Below, one piece after another: positions 1-14,170 of a DNA stretch of 64,000 nt; within the stretch, counting starts at the first letter, position 1; the number at the start of each line of letters is the position of its first letter. Under the pieces are notes generated by a model. The model was given only the letters and a program-made list of their open reading frames with translations. It was not told the DNA's origin and did no database searches. The translations under genes were made by a program, and so were the position numbers. The DNA comes from Octopus sinensis. Its lineage: Eukaryota. The stretch lies in the NCBI RefSeq assembly GCF_006345805.1, contig NC_042998.1, forward strand, positions 195,238,001 through 195,302,000, read 5' to 3'.

Positions 1-42
1 TATATATATATAAAAGCATGCATGCACACACACACACACACA

Positions 43-79
<37 letters not shown>

Positions 80-179
80 ACACACCACACACACCAATAT
101 TCATACAAAAAAAAAAGTAAGAACCACACACAACAAGATATACAGAAGTGAATACATATATACACTATAAATTTACATA

Positions 180-256
<77 letters not shown>

Positions 257-1911
257 ATATATATACATATATACATATATACATATATACTATATATATA
301 CACATATATATATATATATATACGCATTGATACAATGATAAATCAGGCAATTTTTTTAATCTCTAAAATTCATTAAATAATATTATGTAGTATGTTAACT
401 AATTTAAAGAAAATTTTGGCGACAGAATTGCAAAGAAAGAAATGGGGAAGCGTATAGAGCTGGAATGAAGGTGGCGTGAGCGGTTCCATTGTTGCAGTGA
501 AGAAGATAGGGACAAATAAATGGCTTTTATTTTATTGTTCTTTAGAAGCTGAAGAAAATAAAAATTGATGGGAAAAAAAACAACGTAATAATGAAAACAA
601 TAGCAAAAGGAAAAATAATAATTCCAGTATTTTCCAATATGAGACGAAATATGTTTAGTAAAAAAAAACTGATAGTTGTGTTAGAAATATAATGTGTGTG
701 TGTGTGTGTGGTAAGAAAATGCTTCCCAACCAAATGGTTCCGTGTTCAGTCCCAGTGCGTGGCAAGAAGCTAGTGTCTTTCTACTATAGCCCCAGGCCGA
801 CCTAGGCCTTGTGGACAGGAATGTATTTCTTTACTACCCACAAGGGGCTAAACACAAAGGGGACAGACAAACGGATTAAGTCGATTACATCGACCCCAGT
901 GCGTAACTGGTACTTAATTTATCGACCCCGAAAGGATGAAAGGCAAAGTCGACCTCGGCGGAATTTGAACTCAGAACGTAACGGCAGAAGAAATACGGCT
1001 ACGCAATTCGTCCAACGTGCTAACGTTTCTGCCAGCTCACCAGGTATGGTCGACGGAAACTGAAAGAAATCTGTCATACACACACACACACACACACACA
1101 CTTTTGTAATGCAACATATGGATTCATAGAATCCTGTGGCAAAGACAAAAAGCGCCTCTAGTGGATCCAGCAACCATACCTATTTCTTTATTACCCACAA
1201 GGGGCTAAACATAGAGGGGACAAACAAGGACAGACATAGGTATTAAGTCGATTATATCGACTCTCAGTGCGTAACAGGAACTTAATTTATCGACCCCGAA
1301 AGGATGAAAGGCAAAGTCGACCTCGGCGGAATTTGAACTCACAACGTAACGGCAGACGAAGTACCGCAAAGCATTTCGCCCGGTGTGCTAACGCTTCTGC
1401 TAGCTCGCATAGTAATCCAATACGGAGGAGTATAATGTAAAGTTCTATGCAGCTGAAATCCAGGAAATCCAATCTATGAAGGTATCTCATGAGGAGTGTA
1501 TAGACCAGAGGTTCTCAGTGTGGGTCACACAACTCTGAGGGGGCGCTAAGCTTTAGGGGACGGTGAGGTAACATAATTAATATACTAAATTTTACTTATA
1601 GTAGTAATTACATTATACGTGATGACGGACAGAATCAACGAATATTGAAAAGGTTACAAGTTGCAACGAAAATTTTAGTAAAAAATAAGGAGTGGAAATC
1701 AGACCGGTGAGTGTGTTAAATCAAAAAGGCACTAAAAGAGAATGACTCTCCCCAGACACAACAAAATATGCTTCAACGCACGAATTCACACAAAGAATCT
1801 TGCAAACTACATACAAAAACTAGTAATGGTTCTTAAGATAAAATGGAATCTCATCAGGCACACGGAAGTCATTAACTTGTAATGTATAAAAGACAAATAT
1901 TTTTTATAATA

Positions 1912-2308
1912 GGCGTAGGAGTGGCTGTGTGGTAAGTAGCTTGCTTACCAATCACATGGTTCCGGGTTCAGTCCCACTGGGTGGCACCTTGGGCAAGTGT
2001 CTTCTACTATAGCCCCGGGCCTACCAAAGCCTTACGAGTGGATTTGGTAGATGGAAACTGAAAGAATCCCGTCGTATATATGTATATGTATGTGTGTGTA
2101 TGTGTTTGTGTTTTCCCCCCGAACATCGTTTGACAACCGATGCTTGTGTGTTTACATCCCCGTAACTTTGCGGTTCGGCAAAAAGACCGATAGAATAAGT
2201 ACTAGGCTTACAAAGAATAAGTTCTGGGGTCGATTTACTCGACTAAAGGCGGTGCTCTAGCATGGCCACAGTCACATGACTGAAACAAGTAAAAGAGTAA
2301 AAGAGTAA
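1912..2308 (+). mobile_element. SINE-B (tRNA head, CORE-like CCTTGGGCAAG, internal (TA)n(TG)n, (GTAAAAGA)n tail)
   Basis: Near-identical copies at about 16060-16468, 17310-17709, 23447-23845, 35525-35898 and 63465-63856 (-). Confidence 0.88.
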
Positions 2309-3439
2309 TTTCACAGTTAAAAGCTTAAACAATCTATTTTTATTGGGAAATTTATAAATTATCATCCATGTTAAGTAAGTTTAGTCGTGACACATCTCTC
2401 ACCATTTAGGTGGGCGCTAGACATAACTACTTAAATGGATGGGGGTGCTACATTTTTTTTTAAGAAGAAGCTAAGAACTGCTAGTTTAGTGCATAAAAAG
2501 TCAGAAGGTATGAGAGATGAGTATATTTCTTTAACCACTTATGATCCGTAAGATTACGTCTGTTTCGCAGCCATCATCGTGTAATAATAATTTCGGTATA
2601 TAATCAATTATTTTAGATGTCTGCACCAATTCACTCCCTACACATTGCACAATATAATTGCACAATTACAAAGCAATGCAGACACAAAAGGTTAGAACTT
2701 CAGATTGCAAGGACATCATGGTTACATCCAATGCTTCAACTCATTGGGTTACATATATTCACTTCTCGCGAAGGCGGCGAGCTGTCAGAAACGTTAGCGC
2801 GTCGGGCGAAATGCTTAGCGGTATTTCGTCTGTCGTTACGTTCCGAGTTCAAATTCCGCCGAGGTCGACTTTGCCTTTCATCCTTTCGTGGTCGATAAAT
2901 TAAGGTTCCAGTTACGCACTGGGTTCGTTGTAATCGACTTAATCCGTTTGTCTGTCCTTGTTTGTCCCCTCTGTGTTTAGCCCCTTGTGTGTAGTAAAGA
3001 AATATATATTCACTTCTCATACTTCCTCGCTTTTTATGGTCCATACACATCTCATAATATAATTTCATAGACTGGATCTCTTGGATTTCAACAGCATAAA
3101 ACTACACACACACACACACACACACAAAGACGAGAGACAGAAAATGGAATTTACACGAAACTCCCTATTCAGCACCACTACAATCGTTTCGACTGATCAT
3201 GCACCTGTACATTACATGCGTTGTAGGTGCAGATGCGTCTCCGTTCTATCTCAGTTCATTTTGGAGTTGGATGGAATGCTGCACTAATTAAAATATATTG
3301 TTATAGAAATAAACCAAAAGCATGTTTAAAAAAAACGAATACCATTTGAAAAGTCACCCGAGGAGATGCATCTGCACCTATATAGCATGAAAATTAATTG
3401 TACCTGTAAGGTACGGGTGCTTTATAATTCAAACGATCG

Positions 3440-4180
3440 TATTGGTTCTGAACAAAGAGTCTCGTGAATACCACAACACGCACATTACTAACACCACCAA
3501 TACCTCTGCCATCACTGCACACAAAACAGAAACCACCATCAAAAAGCATAATGAACCTTACTACAATAAAGGCAAAAAATACACGACTAATGAAATACAT
3601 ACAAGAACACACCGACGTTACCCCAAGTAATTTTCGTTGTGCACCACTCAAAGCATCACCACACATACAGATCCCCAGTATTTCAAATAATACGTCCATT
3701 AACATAAAAGAAAATTATTCCAATGCGGTGGGTAACTTTCAGAAAGCGATAAAACTATAAAAATCTGATCGTGGAACCGGCCACAGCCAGCCAGAGGTGT
3801 GAGAAAACCACTCACCCTTCAGCCAAAAGAGCAAGTAGATTTTTTTTCTATGCTATAACCACCCATCATGGTCTTGCTCAAGTTTGGCAGTTTAAATGTT
3901 CGTGGCTTGGTTTCGCTTTAGAAACAGCGGCGCTTTCTCAACGACCTCAGGTCACTAGAATTGGATATCGTAGCCATCAGCGAAACCAGACTGACCGGGC
4001 CGCAAGCTTTTGCGCCCCTCTTCGATAGATACGAGGTCTATGCGTCTCCGTGCCAGTCGAGAGGAGGCGGTGGAACTGCGGTTTTGTTCTGGAAAAGTCT
4101 GGATATACAGATAAGAGCAGTCTTTGTGGACCCAAAAAGCAAGCTGGTCGTCCTCGATGTGAACGGTAGTGGTTCGAGAT
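3440..4180 (+). mobile_element. Second L1/Tx1-like copy (5' region + start of APE)
   Basis: DIVAISETRLTGPQAFAPLF...IRAVFVDPKSKLVVLDVN is homologous to the minus-strand copy. The upstream region (KQKPPSK...QEHTD) is also shared. Confidence 0.75.
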
Positions 4181-4573
4181 ACAACCTATACAATAGGGTG
4201 GAGCGAAAAAGGTACTTTTTGCACAGATTTTTGAAATATGTTTTTAAGATTATATATAATTTTTTTTTTTTTTTTGCGAAATCCTTTAAAAGCAACTGTG
4301 TTAAAATTTGAAGTACTTAATATCACATCTTCAGACTCCGCAGCCCACTTGAAATTTTGAATAATGAGCGAAGAATCAATTTATAACATGTTTTCCGGTC
4401 CTCATTTTATTTTTTACATTCAATGTTACGAACTAATTTTCCTTTACAAATTTATTAAAAATCAATAATGTTAAAATCTCAAGCTCTAAAATTTATATCT
4501 TCAAGCTCCGCAACGCGCTTAAAATTTCGAAATTATGTTAAATAAATAGACTTTTCTTTATTATCTTTCATAC

Positions 4574-7500
4574 TAGGTAACCTCGTCCCAGTTCTCTACC
4601 TGAAGGTCCGGACCGAACCAGACCCCGAGCAATTTCACCGGTCCGTCTGTCCAATGTCCCACGACGTTGTTAAGCGGCATCAACCTGCCTCTTTAGGTGC
4701 CGAGTTGCAGGCCGCCTGACTTTTCACAGTTTAACTTTGCTCTTGTCACCGCTTCGTAATCTTTTGACATCATTCATTTGTTGTAGGTGCTTGTCACTAG
4801 ATACTATGTCGGTGACATCGTCCGTGTATCCCGACACAGTCCTCGGACCCCAGTTCACGCGGGATGTCCCTCAAAATCTCCAACTTCTGCAGTAGTGACT
4901 CAAGGATCAGAGCGTACAGAAAGGAGGAGAATGGTCATCCTTGGCGGACTGAGTGTATGATATTGAACGGCTTTGATAAATTATAGTTCACCCGAACTAC
5001 TGACCGAATATTACTGTACAACGCAGTGACCCAACCGCAGAAAGTTGGACCAAAACCGGCCACCCAGAGAACAGTCGCCTGGAGAACAGCCGCTAGATAC
5101 CGATAGTCCACCCTATCGAAAGCGTTTAATTGATCTAAATGGATCAGTGATACTCCGATGCCAGGATTCTTTACCACCCTATCTATAGTGTAACGCATGA
5201 GGTGGAGGTTGTCTTTGATGGTTCTCTTTGGATTGGCGCAGATTTGCAGATCCCTAACTAGTTTATCAACGACACCTTGGCCAAAATTTTCAAATTTGCA
5301 TTTAGCAGAGTAATGAACCTGAAATTATCATATGCATCCCCCTTGTTTGGGTCTTTCCTTAACAGTACCACAATCCCTCGGCTCACAGAGCTAGGAATTC
5401 TCCCATTTTGCCTGCCAGTGCCATTGATGTTTGCCAGAAGGCCTCCGAACAAGTCTGGCATACTATAACAGAATTTGTAGGACAGACCATCCAAACTCGA
5501 TGATTTTCGCCCCGTGCAACCCGTCAAGGCATCCTCCACTTCTGCAGCTGTTATCGGTCTTGCACAACACTCCGCCTCCCTTGCTGAGAGTCGCAGCAGG
5601 CCAACCAGGAAGTCTGAGAAGATCAATCTTACGTTCTGGCCCACCACTCGTCCCGAACAATTGGGCGAAATGCCACTGAAAATCCACATACATCTGATTG
5701 GGTTCGTCTACCATGCGCCCATTTAGGTCGACCAAAGACCTATGGTGGCTTTGTTGCCACGTTGGACCTCTATCATTCAGGGCCAATTGGCTGCGTTGGT
5801 TCCCTCCTGCCTCATAGCACGTGCCTTAGCTCTGACAATGCATCCTTCGTGCTTAACATTGAGGGCCGATCTCACTGCCATCACGTCAGTTGCACTCCCT
5901 ACCCTTAAAGACTCATCTAAAGATCTAACTAGCTTATTCTGTATTTTGTTTCTTTCTAACGTTAAAGTCTTGCTAAATCAAACTGATTCTGCTTTGATTG
6001 CTCTTTTTAGGGCGTTGTTGATTATGGTACCTGTCAAAACCCATTTGACTAACTCTCTAATCCGGTTACTGTAAGCTTGGCACGCCATGATTGACATGGT
6101 CAACTTCCAGTAGCCGGGGCCCTGCCTACGAAACCTATCTAAGTCAAGCTTACAGATCACAAATTTGTGGTTTGTATAGCTGACAATTTGGAAGTGTGGA
6201 TAATTTATACTATCTTTATCTGTATTCCTAACGAAAACTTTATTTAAGTATGATCTGGACGACCCGATGAGGTTGGCTCGAGTTCACATTGGCACATTCG
6301 AGTAATCCAGTCAATACCTGTTAGACAGTTGAAAATGTCTGAGCAGGTTTGCAAGGCATTATTTTCGCTTCTACAATTTGACCCCACACAGTCTACACGG
6401 GCATCTAGGATTGTTGAAATCACCTTCTAATACTAAAGTACGTGACGTTCCCAGGAAAGCCTCCAGACGTCTGAAATAATCTCGTTGTCCAGCATCTGTC
6501 GGTGCATAGGTAGCGACCTGTCTGAAGGCACCATTCTCACTACTATTCACATCAAGGACGACCAGCTTGCCTTCTGGGTCCACAAAGACGGCTCTGATCT
6601 CTAGATCCAGACCTTTCCGGAACAAAATCGCAGTCTACCGCCACTTCTCGGCTGACACGGTTACGCATAGATCTCATAATCATCGAAGAGGGGCGCGAAA
6701 GCTTGCGGCCGGTCAGTATGGTTTCGCTAATAGCTACGACATCTAAATCCAGTGACCTGAAGTCGTTGGAAAAGTGTCCCAGCTTCCAAATCGATCCCAG
6801 GGCCCCTGCGTTTAAACTGCCTAACTTGAGCATGACCATGGTGGGTAAAGACAGGAAACAATGGAGTACTTACTCTTTCTGGGCTGGGGGAGGGTCAATG
6901 GTTTTCACACTCCTCTGGCTGCCTGTAGGTGTTTCCTCGATCAAGTTTTTGCACATTGTTTTCGTTATAGTCTTTTGTATTTTGTTCATTGTGTTGGAAA
7001 AATTGTTTTTTAAGTCGATGAAATTGTGGTTTGAAATGGAGAGTATTTGTATGTGTTGTTGAGCGTTTGGGGGAGGTGTCTGTGTGTTCATGCATGTAAT
7101 CTATGACTTGCGTTCTGTTAGTATTTGTTGACGTCAGGTTTAGTGTGGTTTTTGATGGTGGTTTTTCTTGTTGTGTGTGTAGTGCTGGCACTGGAATTGC
7201 TGGTGTTGGTAATATGGGCGTTGCGGTGTGTGTGTGTGTGTGTGCTTGTTAGTGTTGTAGAAGTATCAGTTTTTCAGGTTTTTTTTTCTTTGGGGGACCT
7301 CCCTCCACCCCTCATTGTTTTTATATATGTAGATGTTCGAGTCAGACTCGGGGAGGGGCAAATCATTTGGTTTGGTTACTGTTGGAGTTGCTTTTACCTT
7401 TTGGAGCTGCTGTTGTTTCTGACGTGCTATTGGTGGTTGGTAATTCCAGGCCAAATATTGTTGGTGAGGTGAGTACTTCTCCCATGGGTGACGGTTCTAT

Positions 7501-7600
7501 TGTTTCCGGTGTTGTGGCTTCTGTTGTTGTTTTTGTTGTTGCTGTTATTTCCTCTGCAGCTTGCGTAGTCTCTGCTGCTTCGATCGGAGTGTAATATCCT
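4574..7600 (-). mobile_element. L1/Tx1-clade LINE, degenerate and 3'-truncated (5' region + APE + RT)
   Basis: APE motifs LDVVAISET, VATYAP, LEGDFN, GPGYWK; RT motifs FITLLNANLKILAKV, LDQLNAFDRVD, SVRQG, YTDDV; many frameshifts. Confidence 0.85.
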
Positions 7601-8093
7601 TTATGGATAGGGCATAAAGGATATTACACTCTGTCTTTTCTTAGATTTAATAAACTAGCCTATAAATTAAAACTGACCCCGCCCCCCATTAGTAAATCTA
7701 AATAACAGAAATAATCAGTGATAAGCAGTGTCTTTTTTTAAAAAATCTCAGTTACAACAGTGAGGTTGTTGATAAAACATGTTCTTTCTCTATCTTCTTA
7801 TCCTCTTGGTGATTTTGGATAAAAAGAAAATTATACCAATGAGTCCTTCGAATTTAACTAAATTCTATATTTTTATGCAGCTGAAGATTGCTCTACATTT
7901 TAAATTGACGTAATGTTTGCATTGTTCAATTAAATGGAGTCGCATGAAACGATCGTACTGCATTACCTCTAGATATCCTTGTTGCATATTTTGATTATAA
8001 TCACCTTATTTTAAATTATATGGATAATACCATACTAAATTCAAGTGTCTTCAACTTAAGTACCATATTCATCTGAATCTAAATTTCACTGAA

Positions 8094-8150
<57 letters not shown>

Positions 8151-8524
8151 ACGAGTATACGGGTGTCTTTTTTTTTAAGGGCTTGATGAGTTTTGCCCTC
8201 AACACATAGGTACCACAACAGGCACTGTTAAATTATCCGAACACCCCGAACTTGGTGCAGAATATACTTACCATGAATAATACTGGTCTACTAGGCTTTT
8301 AGTGTTTAGGAAATAGACATCACTCTTACACAAAATCGGTCTCCTGAATCCAAATATAACCTTCTTTTTGAACCATCAGATCTAGTTTTTAAGTTATTGA
8401 ACATCCCTATAGTCACTATGTATGTGTATACATCCAATACGCAGTGTTCGTTACCTTATTCTAATTCTAAGTTTTTTTCTTTTTCCATACATTTTAGATA
8501 TTGTGGTGAACTAAGCAATAGAAA

Positions 8525-10388
8525 ATGAGCAATATGTCCTCTTCAAGAAATTGTTGCGTTAATTTTCCAAATGTGTTTTGTTATGTTTGTGGAGAATACA
8601 CATTACCTGAAAATCGAAAAAACATCACTGATTTTGTTGAAAGAGCGTATATAGTATATTTTGGGAACAAGCTGGGAGACCAAGGTAAATACTGGACTGC
8701 AAACAATGTACAGAATGTTTGCGACAATGAACTAAAGGGACTAGGAAACGTATGAGGTTTGCTATACCAACGGTATGGCGGGAAACCTATAATCACGTGG
8801 ACGACTGCTATTTTTATAACCTGAATTTGAAGGGTATTAACCGGAAAAATCGACAACCGCTTGTCTATCCTAATCTTGCCTCTGATATTAGACCGATTCC
8901 ACACAGTGAAGAGCTTCCTGTCTTCATTGTCTTGCCTCAGATAACTTTACTCTCAGCCAAAGAAGATTCATCACCTGAAGAAGACACTAGAGATCGAAAC
9001 TTTTCAGTCGAGACTTTACCTCATCTACTCTCTCAGGTAGAGCTGAATGATCTAGTTCGTGACTTGAACCTCCCAAGAAATTCTGCAGAACTGTTGGCTT
9101 CCCGACTGAAAGGGAAGAATCTTCTAGAGAATGGTATTCATATAACCTTTTATGAAGAGTTCCTTTCTTTCTGCAGAGATGTCAGCGGGCTTCTTAATAA
9201 ACTTGGCATAGAGGAATACAAACCAGAGGAATGGCCTCTTTTCATAGAGAGCTCAAAGCGTAGTTTAAAATTGTTGTACAACGGAAATGTGTATTGCTCT
9301 GTCCCACTCGGCCACTCAACAACCCTGAAGGGAAAATATGAAGAAATTAAGTTGGTTTTAGAGAAGAAATTATTTCATGATCATAAATGGGTCATCTGCG
9401 TTGACTTAAAGATGGTGAATGTTTTCATGGGACAGCAATCTGGTTATACTAAATACCCATGCTTTCTTTGCACGTAGAGCAGTAGAGACTGAGTAAACCA
9501 CTATATTAAGAAAAACTGGCCGCCTCGAACAAATAGAGCTGTCAATATATTGGAAGATCCTTTAGTGGAGCGAGATAAGATCATTTTCCCACCTCTGCAC
9601 ATCAAACACGGATTGATCAAACAATTCGTCAAAGCTCTTGACAAAAATGGGGAGTGTTTCAAGTATATCTGCAGTGTACTTACAGATTTGACGACTTAAA
9701 AACTTAAAGCAGGGATTTTTGTTGGACCACAGATCCGTAAACTCTTGAAGGACACAAATTTCGTGAAAACGATGAGTGAAAATGAAGCGTCAGCTTGGCT
9801 AGCCTTTGCTGAAGTAGTGCAAAATTTCCTTGGGAAACACAAAAGTGAAAACTATAAAGAGCTTGTAACCAGCTTCATATCAACTTTTCGTGATACTGGC
9901 GTGAATACAAGCATCAAAATGCATTATCTTTTTAGTCATCTTGATCGTTTTCCTGAAAATCTCGGAGATGTTAGCGAGGAACAAGGCGAACGATTCCATC
10001 AGGAGATGGAAACTCGGTACCAAGGACGCTGGGAGGACGGCAGATTATTGCTGGTGTTTAAAACGAGATACTTCTGTTGTTCAACATTTACGGTGCACAA
10101 AAAAAGCGTAAATTTATTCCTTGAATTTTCTGCCAAAAATCTTTGCCAATGTGCATTTTCAATTTTGAATTTTTATTTGTACTTTGTTTTGTTTTGTGTT
10201 ACGCTCTCTTTGTTGGTTCATATTATATGCCTCTTGTGTGAAAAAAATAGTCTGTCAGGCCTAGTCAGAAAATTAGACCTGATAGAGAAAAACTGAAGTT
10301 ATTTTTGAATTTAGCCGGCAAAAATCACTTGAGAATTCCTTGAAATATTCCAGGCACCAGACAAAAACAAAATTTTTGCTGCCCTGTG
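8525..10388 (+). mobile_element. Cut-and-paste transposon with disrupted transposase, Chapaev3 (CMC)-like
   Basis: N-terminal FCYVCGEY Zn-finger-like region; WRE..NHVDDCYF, ICVDLKMV..GQQSGYTKYPCFLC, PPLHIK, SEEQGERFHQ motifs. The right end GCCCTGTG is followed by TAA. Stops and frameshifts are present; the left end was not found. Confidence 0.6.
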
Positions 10389-10556
10389 TAATAGATAATT
10401 GTCCTCAATCACTGTTGAATACACAAAGTCTTCCTACGGAACATACGAATCTCAATTCTATTTCGTCTGTATGTTGTACCGTGTAGGAGTGCTCCTCTAT
10501 TGCTTAATTTCCCAGAATATGATCATTGCAACCTCGCGCGCCAGTCAACTCTACAT

Positions 10557-10601
<45 letters not shown>

Positions 10602-10894
10602 GACCCACACAAATAGGAAACCGGAAACAGAAAAACGAGTCCCAATTTCCCACCAAATGTCCGCTAACTCTGTGTGTGTGTGTGTGAGTGTTTAAAGCAC
10701 TCTTTTTTCTGACTCAATACTATTTCGTCCTTGTATTCGAGTGTGTAGGAGGAGAGCTCTTATATTTTTTGATATCTTAAAATATAATCAGCTACAACCT
10801 CGCGCGACAATCGACTATTCATCAATCATATATACTGACCCACACAAACAGTAAACTGGAAACGGATAAACAATATTGCTTGTTTCACCTCTAC

Positions 10895-11256
10895 TCATCT
10901 ATACTTAATAATGTCGTACATACGCATATACATACATACATACATACATACATACATACACACATACACATATACGTACATACATACACACACACATACA
11001 CACATTCATACACACATACATTCATACATACATACATCCATCCATCCATCCATCCATCCATTCATACATACATACATACATACATACATACATAGTACAT
11101 ACGTACGTACATACGTACATACATACACACATACACACACACATACATACATACACACATACATACACACATACATACACACATACATACACACACACAC
11201 ACATACATACATACATACACATACACACACATACATACACACACACACATACACAC

Positions 11257-11289
<33 letters not shown>

Positions 11290-12550
11290 TACATACACAC
11301 ACACACACATACACACACACATACATACATACATACATACACACATACAGGAAATGCGCCTACACAAACTGATTAAAGATGGAAACACTTTAAATTCACG
11401 TCAACTGTTGTTTTTGTTGTTGTTCCAGTTGTTGTAGTATGGCTTCATAGTTATTGTTGTCCATGCTATGGTTGTTCTTGTTGTTCTTGCTGCTCTGTTT
11501 CTATAGCCATGATGTGTAGACCATTGAGTTTTATTACGCTACTAAGATAGATATCTTAGTAGCTCCATCCATTAAATACATCGTCTGGTTAAGAAATAGA
11601 AATGGCACACACACACACACGTGTGTGCATGCGTGTGTATGTGTAAGTGCTGTGTGTGTGTGTGTGTGTGTGTACCTTATAACTCTTTCTATGTATGCGG
11701 GTGTATGTATTACGCCCACAAGTCTCACGTATACACTAAGTTGTATTCTTCCAAACACCCATCCATATATTCATACACACAAGCATACACACATACATAC
11801 ATACATACAAACATACATACATGCATACATACACGCATGCATGCGTGCGCACATACGTACATGCGCACATACATATATACATATATACATACATACATAC
11901 ATACATACAAACACACATATACATACATACATACATGCATACATACACACATGCATACATACATACATATATACATACATACACACACACATACGCACAC
12001 ACATCTATGCATACACACATTTATACATACATGCATACATACGTACATGCGTACATACACACATGCAAACATGCATAAATACATGCATACATACATACAC
12101 ACACACACATACATACATACATACATACATACACACATACATACATACATACAAACATACATACATACATACATACAAACATGCATACATATATACATAC
12201 ATACATACATACACACATACATACATACACACACACACACACATACATACAAACATACATACATACATACATACATACATGCATACATACACACATGCAT
12301 ACATACATACATATATACATACATACACACACACATACGCACACACATCTATGCATACACACATTTATACATACATGCATACATACGTACATGCGTACAT
12401 ACACACATGCAAACATGCATAAATACATGCATACATACATACACACACACACATACATACATACATACATACACACATACATACATACATACAAACATAC
12501 ATACATACATACATACATACATACATACATACATACATACATACAAACAT

Positions 12551-12583
<33 letters not shown>

Positions 12584-12685
12584 TACATACATACATACAT
12601 ACACACACATACAAACATACATACATACATGCAAACATACATACATACATATATACATATATACATACATACATACATACATACG
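10895..12685. repeat. Compound (CATA)n/(CA)n microsatellite fields
   Basis: Direct reading; source of the many spurious HTYI/MYVC ORFs. Confidence 0.97.
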
Positions 12686-13085
12686 AAACTCTGAGAAGCT
12701 ATATTACACGTCCGTTTCACACTCATGGTCGATTTATGGATCAATGACGTGAAACCTGTGGTAACCCACTCGTGAGGCCTAACGGAGTATGTAGCGGTTA
12801 AGGTTTGAACCATTACCCTATTGTTACCAACTGATTATTAAGACATTGGTGTGTTGATAGTAGTGGTGGTTGTGTTGGATATATTGGTTTGGGTGTTGGT
12901 GATGGTTGGTGTATTGGTGGTGGTGGTGGTCATACTGTTCACGTTGCTGTTTAGTCAAACTACATTGACATATGACCAAAAACATTTCCTTCAACGGTTT
13001 AAAATACACTAGGACATCCTCTGTGTGCATGCATGTGTGTGCATGTATATATATTAATCGAAATGTAGAGTATTATATATCCGTT

Positions 13086-13181
13086 ACGGCCGATTTTACC
13101 AATTGGTTTCACACTTGGAATTCAACGGAGTGTAAGGTAACAGCTTGATTATGTAACCCTGTGCTCATCAGAGGTAGCCGT
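13086..13181 (-). ncRNA. Type I hammerhead ribozyme motif downstream of the PLE endonuclease
   Basis: ACGGCU-ACCU-CUGAUGA-GCAC..(long loop)..GUGU-GAAA-CC-AAUU-GG-UA-AAAUC-GGCCGU. Core nucleotides, stems I-III and a GUA cleavage triplet are all present. Confidence 0.65.
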
Positions 13182-13779
13182 TGCGGAATAAAATATGGAG
13201 ACTTCTCTTTATTGCTGAAGGTGAATAGACACATCCAGTTTGTGGTTTGCTGTGAAAAAAAGATGAAACGAATCGAGCAGGGGAGTGAGTTAAGAGTTAT
13301 GTCCCTTGGTACCAAAACATCGTCTCTGGGGGTGGTTTTGTTGCATGTTGGCAAGAGTTTTCTGGAAAAAAGTTTGTGGGAAATGTGCGTGTCTTTCAAG
13401 CTGGTGTTCTTGTGGAAATGGAATGTGTATTGGGCTACTAAATGTAAAGCCTCTACTGTAGAGGAGGGTGGTGGTGGATACACATTTATGATCGTTAGTG
13501 TGTTTCCTTTTTTCATGTATTGGTTAAATTCGTGGGGCATTTATGTGTGCATGCAGTGTATGTAGGAGTACAATATATGTGGAAGCTTATATGGTGGGGA
13601 ACCTATTGGGTAGGTGTCCGTCGTACTGAGGCATGTTTTTGTTTGTGGGTGTATTAGTGTATGTTTCTGGTCAAACTTTTTGCCGGACTCCCAGGGATTG
13701 ATGGAGGGCCGAAGCTGGGGGACTGGTGATTATAGTCATGATGGGGCACGCAGTTATGATAGGATGTGCCTCCTTTCAT

Positions 13780-14170
13780 GTGGGCAAAGATTAAAAACTT
13801 CATTTCTGCTACTCAGATAAATGCCTGAGTGCTGGATACTCTTTAAAATTGTTCTTTTTTCAGCCAAGCATATTCTGCACTTCCTGCTGCTATTGAAGTA
13901 CGTTTGGTATTTCTCTAGAATCTTCTACTTCATACTGTACTCGGTGACGCTTTTTTTAAATGACCATACGTGCTTGGCCAGGCTTGTGACATTACGTTTC
14001 TCCAGGATGTTGAAAGAAGACGTGTGGTTGTTATAACGGGTTTTGAAGGGGCCTTCAGTTGCTACCACGTATTTTCGTACGTTTGGTTGCCCATTTGGTC
14101 CTATTGCTGTTACCTCTGCACAACGGTCTCCGTGTAACAGTGGCCATGTTGTGTTACCGTTACATGAGCA
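13780..14170 (-). mobile_element. Penelope-like element, GIY-YIG endonuclease remnant
   Basis: Hand translation CSC...KYVVATEGPFKTRYNNHTSSF...TSLAKHVW...SRKCRICLAEKRTI...SSRNEVFNLCPH follows the PLE GIY-YIG C-terminal pattern; contains stops. Confidence 0.8.

Noticed and set aside
1912-1990. SINE heads as additional tRNA genes
   Set aside because: They have A and B boxes but no complete cloverleaf, and run directly into SINE bodies.
10880-12813. Long ORFs (up to 357 aa) rich in HTYI or MYVC
   Set aside because: These are translations of (CATA)n/(CA)n microsatellites that lack stops in several frames; there is no coding signature. The same applies at 35810-36445 and 38554-38960.
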